40,941 nt of DNA from positions 1 to 40,941 of the forward strand of contig JBHICG010000026.1 in NCBI GenBank assembly GCA_046759445.1, given 5' to 3'. Below, piece after piece: positions 30,715 to 39,503 of this stretch. The notes under the pieces were generated by a model that saw only the letters and a program-made list of their open reading frames with translations, did no database searches and was not told the DNA's origin. Numbering within the stretch: position 1 is the stretch's first letter; each line of letters starts with the position of its first letter. The stretch comes from Candidatus Scalinduaceae bacterium (GTDB taxonomy: Bacteria; Planctomycetota; Brocadiia; Brocadiales; Scalinduaceae). Made by a program: the position numbers and the translations under genes.

Positions 30715-31798
30715 TCATGCAAGCTTTACTATGATCTTGAGGCCGCTAAATAAAGAAAACATTGAAAATATCTTATCTTGTTTATTAGCAATAAAATCAT
30801 CAATAGTTTACGAGCTTCTAAGAGTTCATGATGTCTATAATCTTCAAAAACCATGATTCCCCCCACTGAAATCATGGGGTAAATGAAATCTGTAACAAAG
30901 TGAGTAGCACTATACGTGTCACAATCTATGTGTGCAAATGAGAATTGATTACTAGGGATACAATTAACTATCTTTTCAAATTCTCCTTTTATTAAATTGA
31001 CAAATCTATAAGGTTCAAAAAGTGATTTAACCTGAGCGAAATTGAAATCCTCAGAGTGTATATTTGTCCATGGCTTGTATATACCATAATGAACCTCAGA
31101 AAAGTATTCGAACGTATCACAGAGATAAAGCTTTTTATTTAAGTTTCTTCTCTTTATATACTCAGCTAACAACATTCCAGAATGATACTGAAAAGAACCA
31201 AATTCAATAATATCGCCATCGATCCGTTCCACCTGTGTTAAACATTGAAACAGATCATAGGCATCTCTAATTTGGCATTTACGCTTAACCTTAGTTAAGT
31301 GTGCCTGTAGATACTTTCAAACAACCCGTCATCGAACTGCCTAGTAATATAGGCATGTGTATCAGCAATGCCAAGCTCTTTTCACTGATCTTGTTCGTTA
31401 AGAAGTGGATACGTCTCGCTGCCTCGAATTTTATAAATGAAAGGTGTTTGTTCTAGTGCAGGGACTTTTCTCACTTCATCAAAAAACTGATGTTTTACTT
31501 TACTTGCAGTGTTTGTAACCACGATAATAGCAATATGTTTTGCACATTTGACCATTTCAGCTAACGATGCAAAATGATGTACGTTATAGTTTTCTAGTCC
31601 TTTTATCTTTTTACCTGAAATAACCCCAAAACTAAGATTATATTCATCTAATTTCCTTATTAAAGATATAGTAATAAAATTTGGTTCAGAAAAAATAGTA
31701 AAAGCATTATCTTCTGTAACTTTTAAAATTTGCTCGCATAGATAATTGTCAAATTCTTCGTCAGAAAATTCTCCTTCAAAAGTTATTTTTTTATTCAT
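30715..31798 (-). pseudogene. TylF/MycF/NovP-family O-methyltransferase, interrupted
   Basis: ORFs 31382-31798 and 30729-31232 join into one gene across a TGA (31382-31384), a 1-bp loss near 31298 and a 1-bp loss near 30806 (restoring ARK-AIDDFIANK...VKLA*). Motifs GDIIEFGS, DTFE, HIDCDTY and GGIMVFEDY. Confidence 0.75.
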
Positions 31799-33264
31799 TG
31801 GAAAATCCTACTAAAACTACCTCGATTTTTTAACTGCGCATTTGTATTTAAATTAACTAAAGAATTATTTCCAATTTTGGAGTTGGGAGCTACTTTAAAG
31901 TGAAGAGCTTCAGCGCGTCTATCATAAATGCTTGTTTGATCTCGAACACTAAAACCCATAAAATAATCACCGGGTGCCAGCCACATGGTAATTTGGAACT
32001 GGACTTCTAGCACATTGCCTTTCTCTTGAGGAGGTACATCAATATCTTGGATATGAGTCGTTGTCCAATAAAGAATAACTCCCTTAACAGTTGTTATACC
32101 AAATCCTATAAAAATATCGTCATTTTCTAAGTCTTCATAAAAGAGTACTTTAGAGAAGGACGTATACTTTTCCCCTGTTTCCAAAACTGTTGCTCTATTT
32201 CCATTTTTATCAAGAATTCCAAAATCGATAATTTCTGCTTTTTTATTGCCGTACCTCATCTCGCCCGAATGTCCCCTGTTATCAGGTTTATTAAGTTTTT
32301 GAAGTACTAATTGCTTCAACTTTTCCGTTTCTAATTCGTCTATTTTTGCTAAATTGTTATGTTTGGCTTCCTGAATCTGAATCTTTTTTTCTTCTTTATT
32401 TTTCTTAGTTGTCATTTTTTGAACAGGTTTAGTTTCTTCACCGAATAACATCTTATGATATAGATTGGTAACTTCTTTGGGTACTCCCTGTTCTATAATC
32501 TGTCCTTTCTCCAATAACATTGCTCTATCACAAAGAAGATTGATAGTATCCATAGCATGCGACACAAACAGAATAGTTTTACCACTTTTACGAAACTCTT
32601 CTAATTTAGCATAGCATTTTCGCTGAAACTTGGCATCTCCCACAGATAAAGCCTCATCGACGACCATTATTTCAGGGTCCACATTAATGGCAACTGCGAA
32701 GGCAAGCCTTATATACATACCACTTGAATAGTTTTTTACGGGTTGATCTATAAAGTCTCCAATTTCTGCAAAATCGACTATAACTTGATATCTCTCTTCT
32801 ATTTCTTCGCGAGATAATCCTAAAATGGCCCCATTTATGTATACGTTTTCCCTTCCTGTGAATTGCGGGTTGAAACCCGCCCCAAGTTCCAGAAGCGCCG
32901 ATACCCTTCCATTGACGTTTATGTCTCCCTGAGTTGGTGTCAGGGTGCCACATATCATCTGCAAAAGGGTAGATTTGCCGGACCCATTACGCCCGATAAT
33001 CCCAACCGTTTCACCTTGCATGGCCTCGAAAGAGACGTTCCTCACTGCCCAGAATTCACGATGATACTTTTTTTTAAAGGGGTGCAGGGCTTCTTTCAGC
33101 CGGTGTTTGGGTGTTTCATAAAGTTGGTATTTTTTACTCAGGTTTCTGACTGAAATGGCAATGTCGGGATTGCGGATTGCGGATTGCGGATTTGGGGTTT
33201 GGGATTTGGGATTGTTACTAGTCATTTGTACTGCCTGTTGTTTTGTGATGTCTGACATGAGCAT
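31795..33264 (-). CDS. wzt: Polysaccharide ABC transporter ATP-binding protein with C-terminal carbohydrate-binding (Wzt_C) domain
   Basis: Motifs GRNGSGKST, LLELGAGF, YSSGMYIRLAF, VDEALSVGD and VSH; C-terminal RYG...LAPGDY domain. Start uncertain (33264, 33258 or 33225). Confidence 0.95.
   Translation of the reverse strand: MLMSDITKQQAVQMTSNNPKSQTPNPQSAIRNPDIAISVRNLSKKYQLYETPKHRLKEALHPFKKKYHREFWAVRNVSFEAMQGETVGIIGRNGSGKSTLLQMICGTLTPTQGDINVNGRVSALLELGAGFNPQFTGRENVYINGAILGLSREEIEERYQVIVDFAEIGDFIDQPVKNYSSGMYIRLAFAVAINVDPEIMVVDEALSVGDAKFQRKCYAKLEEFRKSGKTILFVSHAMDTINLLCDRAMLLEKGQIIEQGVPKEVTNLYHKMLFGEETKPVQKMTTKKNKEEKKIQIQEAKHNNLAKIDELETEKLKQLVLQKLNKPDNRGHSGEMRYGNKKAEIIDFGILDKNGNRATVLETGEKYTSFSKVLFYEDLENDDIFIGFGITTVKGVILYWTTTHIQDIDVPPQEKGNVLEVQFQITMWLAPGDYFMGFSVRDQTSIYDRRAEALHFKVAPNSKIGNNSLVNLNTNAQLKNRGSFSRIFQ
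33167..33215. repeat. Heptamer microsatellite (7 x GGATTGC-like) inside the 5' end of wzt
   Basis: GGATTGC GGATTGC GGATTGC GGATTTG GGGTTTG GGATTTG GGATTGT; encodes NPKSQTPNPQSAIRNP. Confidence 0.85.
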
Positions 33265-33364
33265 TTATCATTTGAATCGTGAAGCTTAAGGAATTTCTTA
33301 ACTTCTAGATTACTGAGATTTTACAAGATTTAAGCGTATAGTTTGCAGTGAGGATTGAATCTTT

Positions 33365-33784
33365 TTATAATAATTTTTCAAAACCTGTCTGCTCAAAACG
33401 GTGATCAGAAGTTATAGCTTTGCTTATATCTCTCTCTTTCATTACTGTAAAACTAATACAATCAGTAAGGCTCCAATCCTTATCCATGCGAGTCTTAAAC
33501 AGTTTCCAGCCCTGTTCTATCAGTTTCTCACCCACATGGATTATCTCTAAAACACCAAGTTGTTCAGCTTTCCTAATCTTTTCCATCATGGCTAACGCTA
33601 AAAGCCGCATGGTAGTTTTGCTAAAGGAATTACAACTTTCTATTAAAACTGCATTTGTAGTAACCCGTGGGATTCTGCCCAATGCGCGATAAACTTGTGT
33701 TGCTCGTTGATGAAGGTTATCACGCTGATAAACTAAGGCTATCCAACCTACTGTATCCACAAAAACTGCCTGTTTTCTTCTCAC
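33365..33784 (-). CDS. vapC: PIN-domain (VapC) toxin
   Basis: Motifs VFVDT, TTNAVLIE, SLTDCISF and TSDHRF, with all four acidic residues present; overlaps the upstream antitoxin by 4 nt. Confidence 0.9.
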   Translation of the reverse strand: MRRKQAVFVDTVGWIALVYQRDNLHQRATQVYRALGRIPRVTTNAVLIESCNSFSKTTMRLLALAMMEKIRKAEQLGVLEIIHVGEKLIEQGWKLFKTRMDKDWSLTDCISFTVMKERDISKAITSDHRFEQTGFEKLL

Positions 33785-34008
33785 TTTTTTTCCGTCCCAT
33801 AAAGGTAATGATCATGCTGGCGAGCTAAATCCCTTGGTGCGTCTTCAGGGCAAACAGGCGCCCACTCATCAACATGCAGAAAGGGATCGGCATCAAAATT
33901 TGGTTCTTTTTCTTTCTTCTCTGGAGTTACAATTACCCGCATCCCATCTGAAAGTTTTGCTTCTTCTAAAATCACCACATTATCTTTAACAATCCCTTTA
34001 TATGGCAT
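33781..34008 (-). CDS. Putative VapB-type antitoxin
   Basis: 75 aa; YKGIVKDNVVILE...DGMRV N-terminus and DLARQHDHYLYG C-terminus typical of genes preceding vapC; GGAGG SD. Confidence 0.8.
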   Translation of the reverse strand: MPYKGIVKDNVVILEEAKLSDGMRVIVTPEKKEKEPNFDADPFLHVDEWAPVCPEDAPRDLARQHDHYLYGTEKK

Positions 34009-34539
34009 AGCTAATCCTCCTACATTATTTAAAAACTTATCAATATAAAAATGACAGGATTTACTGGAAGGATAGAGGATCGCATCTCTACATTTTATAT
34101 TTTATCTTGGCATCAGGAAATCCCTAATATTTCTCTGCCCCGATCTTTCTGATCCCCCGTTAAATAGTTGCACATTCCACGTGTAAAATACTATACTATT
34201 AATTTTACTTGCACTCAACTTAAATTGCTTCAACGATTTCTTTTGTTTTTCTGTAAAATTATGCAGCCGCAGCTAATATTTTCAGCTACACGATTACTTT
34301 GAAATTATTCAAGGTTTAAGGATAAGTACTTGTTTTCTTAATCAAGTTAATCATGAGGTAATCAAGAAGCTAAAGTTTTTTAGCCTCTCGATTCTCAAGA
34401 TTATTTTGATCTGTTTAATCACGAATTAGCTTCAACCTCTATAGGCTTCTTTCCCTCTGTAATTATCCAGCCTTTTAATGGATTAACAGAAAATCCAGGG
34501 TCAAACCCACATTATACATTTCTAATGCGACAACATAAT

Positions 34540-34583
34540 GGCGGGTATACCTGCCTGTCGGCAGCCAGGGAAACCCGCCCTAC
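34540..34583. repeat. REP-like hairpin (GTAG family)
   Basis: GGCGGGT...ACCCGCC-CTAC enclosing the internal imperfect palindrome CCTGCCTGTCGGCAGCCAGG. Confidence 0.6.
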
Positions 34584-34743
34584 CAGAAGGGCATGCCTCC
34601 AAACGTGCCACTAAAATAGTTTAAATCTTATGGCCACAAAAATCATTATATCCTATAAGGAAATAATTATATAGGGTTATCCGCTTGACCAATTCAATTA
34701 TCTCTTGAGTTGAAGGGTATTTGTGTTTAACATATTTGGCAAA

Positions 34744-34773
34744 AGTATATCATATCATTTGCTATTTTGTCAA
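34744..34773 (-). promoter_or_regulatory. Near-consensus sigma70 promoter within an inverted repeat
   Basis: Minus strand TTGACA (34773-34768), N18, TATACT (34749-34744) with a TGn extension; overlapped by IR arms 34731-34744 and 34765-34778 (12/14 match). Confidence 0.55.
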
Positions 34774-34955
34774 ATGTGTACAGGATTTCTGAGAATCAGT
34801 TCTCTACTCTACCCCTTTCTTGCTACAAGTTCCTGTTGGTAAAAAATAGATTTAGACCTGATAAAATCACGAAATCTTGTTGTAAAATAAACTTAAAAAT
34901 GTACATTATACACTTGGACATGGCCACAAACTTCCCGTACTAAATTTATGTATAG

Positions 34956-35042
34956 GAATTTCAATGTTGTTTGTAACGTGTTAAAATAAAACCCTAAAGG
35001 GTAAAATCCGAAACGGAGTTAAGGCTTTAGCCTTTTAACTTG
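34956..35042. repeat. 87-bp triple-hairpin element, copy 2
   Basis: Identical to 3122-3208 in the same orientation; ends immediately before the GGAGG SD of hicB. Confidence 0.95.
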
Positions 35043-35052
35043 TGGAGGCGTT

Positions 35053-35298
35053 ATGCTTACGATATACATTCATAAAGCAATGAGTAAAGCGGCATACGAA
35101 AAATTAGAAGACGGAACCTACAGTGGAGAGATTCCAGATTGTTCTGGTACGATTGCTTTTGGAAATACTCTGTACGAATGTCAAAGAGAACTTCAGTTTG
35201 CTTTAGAAGATTGGTTAATCAACGGGTTGAGACACGGGGATAAAATACCTATTATTGAAGGGATTGACTTGAATCTAAAGGAAGCCACTGTTGCATAG
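35053..35298 (+). CDS. hicB: HicB-family antitoxin (short form, no DNA-binding domain)
   Basis: YEKLEDGTYSGEIPDCSG..AFGNTL.EC...L..ALEDW...G..IP pattern; GGAGG SD. Confidence 0.85.
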   Translation: MLTIYIHKAMSKAAYEKLEDGTYSGEIPDCSGTIAFGNTLYECQRELQFALEDWLINGLRHGDKIPIIEGIDLNLKEATVA

Positions 35299-35521
35299 AT
35301 GGGCGCCATGCAAGAGAAAAGACTTCATTAAAAAACTAAAAAACCTTGGTTTCGGTGATCTTGAAGCAGGTTCATGACATGGGGTTATGAGATATAGATC
35401 ACACAAACAAATTATTCCTAATAATCAGGAATACTCGGTTCCACAGTTGAAAAGGTTATTAAAGCAGGTTGAAGAAAAGATCGGTAGAGAAATTCCTGTT
35501 AAAGAATGGAATGATCTATAA
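35291..35521 (+). pseudogene. hicA: HicA-family toxin with internal nonsense codon
   Basis: TTG start overlapping hicB; MHRWAPCKRKDFIKKLKNLGFGDLEAGS*HGVMRYRSHKQIIPNNQEYSVPQLKRLLKQVEEKIGREIPVKEWNDL; TGA at 35375-35377 immediately before the conserved His. Confidence 0.85.
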
Positions 35522-35606
35522 GTGGCATAAGCGGATTTAATTTAGACTTTTCAAAATAGGGACTGTTTATTTAACACTCACAAGTATACCCCAATTGTTA
35601 AGGTAA

Positions 35607-35981
35607 CTATTCTGTTGATTTGCCCCTTTTAATCCTAATCCTTCCAGGTTCAATCATGATCAAATTGCCAAAAAAATCATCTTCTTTGAGTGTCGCAATA
35701 TCAGACAATAATTGCCGATTAAGCTCTACAGTTGATATTTCGTCAGGGAAATGAGCAATTAATATCCCAAAATGACTACCCAAAGGAAATTTTAACAAGT
35801 TTCCAAAGCCTTTATCCCCTGTTAAGAGAACTGCTTTTTCTTCTTGAGCAAATTTATAAATTTCGTCATCCTTTGCTCCACGCAGGCCATAATCTCGTAT
35901 GTCCAGGGCATTATACCCTTCAGCCTGGAGCATTCGACCTGTTGAGCGAGGCATATCCTCATCTACAACAAACTTTGGCAA
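35607..35981 (-). CDS. DUF5615-family PIN-like protein (VapC45-like toxin)
   Basis: Motifs KFVVDEDMP, GAKDDEI and LLTGDKGFG; directly downstream of the DUF433 gene. Confidence 0.85.
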   Translation of the reverse strand: MPKFVVDEDMPRSTGRMLQAEGYNALDIRDYGLRGAKDDEIYKFAQEEKAVLLTGDKGFGNLLKFPLGSHFGILIAHFPDEISTVELNRQLLSDIATLKEDDFFGNLIMIEPGRIRIKRGKSTE

Positions 35982-35982
35982 T

Positions 35983-36207
35983 TTATACGACCGCCTTTAT
36001 TTCTTCTTCTGACAGCATTTTTGCTGCATAATTAAGAACCGCAAGTATGTCTTCCCTGGAAATCTCGTACTCTTTAATCACCTCTTCATATGTCATACCA
36101 CCAGCAAGTTTTCCCAATATTAAGTAAACCGGAACACGTGTCCCTTTAATTACAGGTTTACCAAAACGTATCTTTTCATCCACTACAATTCTATGTGCAA
36201 TTTCCAT
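35983..36207 (-). CDS. DUF433 protein (VapB45-like antitoxin)
   Basis: Motifs GKPVIKGTRVPV, LAGGMTYEEV and EDILAVLNYAA. Confidence 0.9.
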   Translation of the reverse strand: MEIAHRIVVDEKIRFGKPVIKGTRVPVYLILGKLAGGMTYEEVIKEYEISREDILAVLNYAAKMLSEEEIKAVV

Positions 36208-36313
36208 GATAAAACTCTCCTTTAAATTATTTATTTCTTTTTAGTAGGGACATTCCTTTTTAATCAGCAGCAAAAAGGGAGCGGGCTGCTTTTTTATCCA
36301 TTCATCCCTTTTC

Positions 36314-36666
36314 TTAGTTACCTCTGGCTTTTGAGATATCTGAATAGTTCCTTTTTACATCACCAAGTCTAGAGCTGGTATGAACAACTTTTATATCTCT
36401 ACCTACTTCTTTTTTAATCATATTCTTTATAACATCTACAATCTCATTGACAGTTGTCTCTTTATATGTGGCAATTTGGAATACCTCACCCCACGGGTTA
36501 GGATTAAGGGATAAGGATTCGGGATTAAGTGGTTTGGGATTTATTGCAAGCATTATGGCTTGAATCAGGTCGTCAATATAAATAAAATCTCTCGTCTGTT
36601 TACCATCACCATAGATTTCAAGAGTTTCACCATTAAGGGCTTGTTTAAAAAACTTGCTACAACACT
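36314..36666 (-). pseudogene. Internal/C-terminal remnant of an NAD-dependent sugar epimerase/dehydratase
   Basis: KFFKQALNGETLEIYGDGKQTRDFIYIDDL...GEVFQIAT...RLGDVKRNYSDISKA; lacks the Rossmann and YxxxK regions and the normal C-terminus. The ORF-track N-terminus is out-of-frame YgiT-gene sequence. Confidence 0.85.
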
Positions 36667-36896
36667 GCATTTGCACGTAAAACTTTACCAACTTCCTCAA
36701 CCTTTAAATCATGTTTTTTTAACTTCGATCTGATGTTTTCTAGTTTACGCATAGCTTGCCTGTCATAGTATCTTTCGCCACAGTTTTGGCAAACTAAGAC
36801 TTCCATAGCTATTAACACAATGTCTTTTTCAAATTTGATTTCCTCTTCAACATTCCTAATTAGGATGTCTGAGCTTTTGCAAATCACACATTTCAT
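36657..36896 (-). CDS. YgiT-type zinc finger protein (MqsA-like antitoxin)
   Basis: MKCVICK...VCQNCGERYY; AAGGAG SD. Confidence 0.9.
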   Translation of the reverse strand: MKCVICKSSDILIRNVEEEIKFEKDIVLIAMEVLVCQNCGERYYDRQAMRKLENIRSKLKKHDLKVEEVGKVLRANAVL

Positions 36897-37030
36897 GTTT
36901 TTCTCCTTTCATAATCTATCCACTTTTCAGAATCTGGTTGATAGGCTGTTATTATCATAACTATATCATATTCGCTAGAATATGCACAAACAAAACAATA
37001 TGTAACGGTCTATTATTAGTAGTTTTCCCG
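36893..37030 (-). pseudogene. 3' remnant of a DUF4258-like toxin
   Basis: GKTTNNRPLHIV, then a 5-bp TTGTT duplication (frameshift), then CAYSSEYDIVMIITAYQPDSEKWIDYERRKT*; the stop overlaps the YgiT start (ATGA). Confidence 0.8.
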
Positions 37031-37158
37031 CAAGGAAGGAAGGAGTCAAGTCCTTCTATGACTACTTGTTAATTCCCGTCACTTATATTGGCCTTGGACA
37101 AAATAGGGACAGCAGCGCCCATTTTACAAACTGGCAAGTTGGAAGGAAATTAAGCAAT

Positions 37159-37300
37159 CTGTAAAACTAATACAATCGGTAAGACTCCATTCCTTGTCCT
37201 TGCGGGTACTAAACAGTGCCCAGCCCCGTTCTATCAACTCCTCACTTACATGGATTATCTCTAAAACACCAAGTTGTTCAGCCCTCCTAACCTTTCCCAT
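37159..37300 (-). pseudogene. vapC: Internal fragment of a second vapC
   Basis: GKVRRAEQLGVLEIIHVSEELIERGWALFSTRKDKEWSLTDCISFT; DNA closely similar to 33444-33586. Confidence 0.85.
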
Positions 37301-37360
37301 AAATCAAACATCTCGGTAATTCTATAACTTATTGATATTAAAGGACCTTTGTTTCAATTT

Positions 37361-37440
37361 AAGTGCCTAAAGTTTAAAGTGTCCAAAATGCCTAAAGTAA
37401 AGGATCTTTAACTTTAGCGCACTTCACACTTTAGGCACTT
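37361..37440. repeat. Palindrome built from short CTAAAGT-like repeats
   Basis: Perfect 13-bp arms AAGTGCCTAAAGT (37361-37373) and ACTTTAGGCACTT (37428-37440), with degenerate internal copies. Confidence 0.75.
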
Positions 37441-37600
37441 TTAACTATTATTTCATTATTCCAATTGGCACGAATTGCCTAAGTTCTTTTCCTAATACCT
37501 TGTGCATTTTACAACGAGTCTCTTAAAAAACTCTTCAAACTCATCCCACTCAACAACTCAACCTTTTAACCACTCGATTACTTACCTACTCAACGTTTTA

Positions 37601-38425
37601 TTATAGTACATCGGCAAAATGTGGTCTTAAACGTCTGAATATCAAGGCCCCTATTATAAATAAGAAAATGGCAATTGTCCAAAAATAGATTGTCATTTCT
37701 GGATGTTTCCAAAATGGAACAAAATAGAGAAAAGATTCACGATATCCCTGGACGATGTAGTACATGGGGTTTAGTTTAATTATAAACTGGATTTTCTCAG
37801 GCATGATGCCAATATCCCAAAAGATTGGGGTTCCCCAAAAACCGAATTGTAAAATGATGTTTACGATTTGTCCTGTATCTCTAGCAAAGACGTTGACTGA
37901 TGAGAATATCCAGCTCAATCCAAGCGCTAAAATGCTCATCGCCCCGAAATAATACAAGGCCTGAAACCAATATATGCTAAAGGGCATTCCATGCAGCAAG
38001 ATCAGTAGCATAAGCATAAGGAGGAAGATTGAATGGGTTACGAATGAACCAACAAGCTTAACTATAGGAAGGATGCTTAAATGGAAAACGACTTTTTTTA
38101 CCAGATGTGAGTTGCTAACTACAACACCGGTAGAAAGGTTAATAGCTTCTGAGAAAGTATTCCATATGGCCATTCCGGCAGTCAGAAAGACAACGAATGG
38201 CACATCCCCCGATGGTCTCACCCTTAATCCCACACTAAACACAAACCATAAAATAGATATCATGAGTATGGGATTGATGAATGCCCAGAAGAAACCAAGG
38301 AAAGAGCCTACAAATCGTGTGGAGACGTCACGTTTGGCCATTTCCATGATTAGGAATCTTCGTTGGTACAATGCAAGTATGAATTGCCCAAAATTTCTAA
38401 ATAAGATTACTAGATTGTGATTCAT
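37601..38425 (-). CDS. wzm: Polysaccharide ABC transporter permease
   Basis: Motifs RFVGSFLGFFWAFINP, LVKKVVF, RDTGQ, TPIFW, LNPMYYIVQGYR and HFADVL; about 6 TM segments. Confidence 0.95.
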   Translation of the reverse strand: MNHNLVILFRNFGQFILALYQRRFLIMEMAKRDVSTRFVGSFLGFFWAFINPILMISILWFVFSVGLRVRPSGDVPFVVFLTAGMAIWNTFSEAINLSTGVVVSNSHLVKKVVFHLSILPIVKLVGSFVTHSIFLLMLMLLILLHGMPFSIYWFQALYYFGAMSILALGLSWIFSSVNVFARDTGQIVNIILQFGFWGTPIFWDIGIMPEKIQFIIKLNPMYYIVQGYRESFLYFVPFWKHPEMTIYFWTIAIFLFIIGALIFRRLRPHFADVL

Positions 38426-38837
38426 TTAACTATTCCAAAGATATTGCATTTCGTAATAGTTTGGGCGTATCTCTGTTTTAAAAATTTCTTCAGGTTGCCG
38501 ATACAGCTTCTACTTGCTCTTAATACATCAATGACGCATCTCCTTCAGTTAACCACATAGTAAAACATATGGGATTTTGTTTCCTGAACAAACCGCTTTT
38601 ATAAGGCTTTTCGGATAACAGCTACTTCAAATCATGTAGATAATGCCTTTTCCGTAGCAGAAACCAATTACGTATCAGAGTTTCTACGTAGCGGCATTAA
38701 ATTTGTGTTATAGCCATTCCCACCATCATAAAGCCGTTAATATATATTTGCTTTAAAAAAATCTGAATACAAGAATCCTTATTCTCAGACAAAAATTAAG
38801 CTTATTTGTCTATCTGCCGGTAAAGTCAGAAAGCTCA

Positions 38838-38994
38838 ACAGGTTGCCCGAGAATAAACAAAATCACCATTTTTTGTCATTCTGAATCCTGACCTGTCGTC
38901 AGGACAAGTTTATTTCAGAATCTTTAATTATAAATATTTACAGAAGTATTAGATTCCGGATCAAGTCCGGAATGACAATTCTCGGACAGCCTGT
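38838..38994. repeat. Nested palindromic element (TGTCATTC...GAATGACA type)
   Basis: Outer arms ACAGGTTGCCCGAGAAT (38838-38854)/ATTCTCGGACAGCCTGT (38978-38994), 15/17 match; inner arms TGTCATTCTG (38874-38883)/CGGAATGACA (38968-38977). Confidence 0.85.
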
Positions 38995-39279
38995 CAATAA
39001 CCATATTAAATATCTTACCTAAGAATTGCAAGAGGGAATGTATTATAAATATGGTATCTCAAAAGTCAGCTATCATTTTTTACGCAACTGAACTGGAAAT
39101 AAACCCCTACGTAGCCATAACTTCAAGGAAAATTTTTCCTGTCGATTGGTTCGTTTTGAACCCGGTTGTTTCTTTATAAAACAGAATAAATATAGAGCAT
39201 AAATTTGCAAAATAACACCAGAACGTATATTTACCTTTTATACTGGTTGTTATGAGAATTTTAAGGCTTAAAAAATTCA

Positions 39280-39296
39280 TTGGCATAATGTTTGCG
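39280..39296 (+). promoter_or_regulatory. Sigma54 (-24/-12) promoter
   Basis: TTGGCATAATGTTTGCG with exact GG-N10-GC spacing, about 60 nt upstream of the riboswitch. Confidence 0.75.
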
Positions 39297-39358
39297 CAAA
39301 GCTTATCGCAAACAAAAAAAGATAGAATCAGTCACTAAAAATAAAACGATTACTAAAA

Positions 39359-39449
39359 ACCTGAAAAAGGCAAACCACTTGAAAGGGTGGGGCGCAAAAC
39401 CATTGACCTAAGTCCTGGTTTACAGGATAAGGTTGCAATGATGCCAGGC
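39359..39449 (+). ncRNA. Cyclic di-GMP-I (GEMM) riboswitch
   Basis: GGCAAACCACTT-GAAA-GGGTGGGGCGCAAA, then a P3 stem CATTGACC-TAAG-TCCTG...CAGGA-TAAGGTTGCAATG-ATGCC; GAAA tetraloop plus receptor-like motif; G at the G20-equivalent position (39369). Confidence 0.92.
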
Positions 39450-39503
39450 AAATACAGTACTTCTTATGACTGTCATTTGCATGGTCATTTAGGAGGTACT
39501 ATA

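Noticed and set aside
31382..31384. TGA readthrough joining the TylF-like ORFs
   Set aside because: Two further frameshifts would also be needed; pseudogene is the simpler reading.
34200..34500. Gene remnants upstream of the vapB-like gene (e.g. KVIV*LK, GxxExxY-like)
   Set aside because: The matches are too short to support a call.
35375..35377. In-frame TGA in hicA as selenocysteine or recoding
   Set aside because: The position is normally Arg/Lys (CGA to TGA is a simple transition), no SECIS-like hairpin is evident, and TGA serves as a stop elsewhere in the window.
37465..37478. TTGGCACGAATTGC as a sigma54 promoter
   Set aside because: GG-to-GC spacing is 8 nt, not the required 10.
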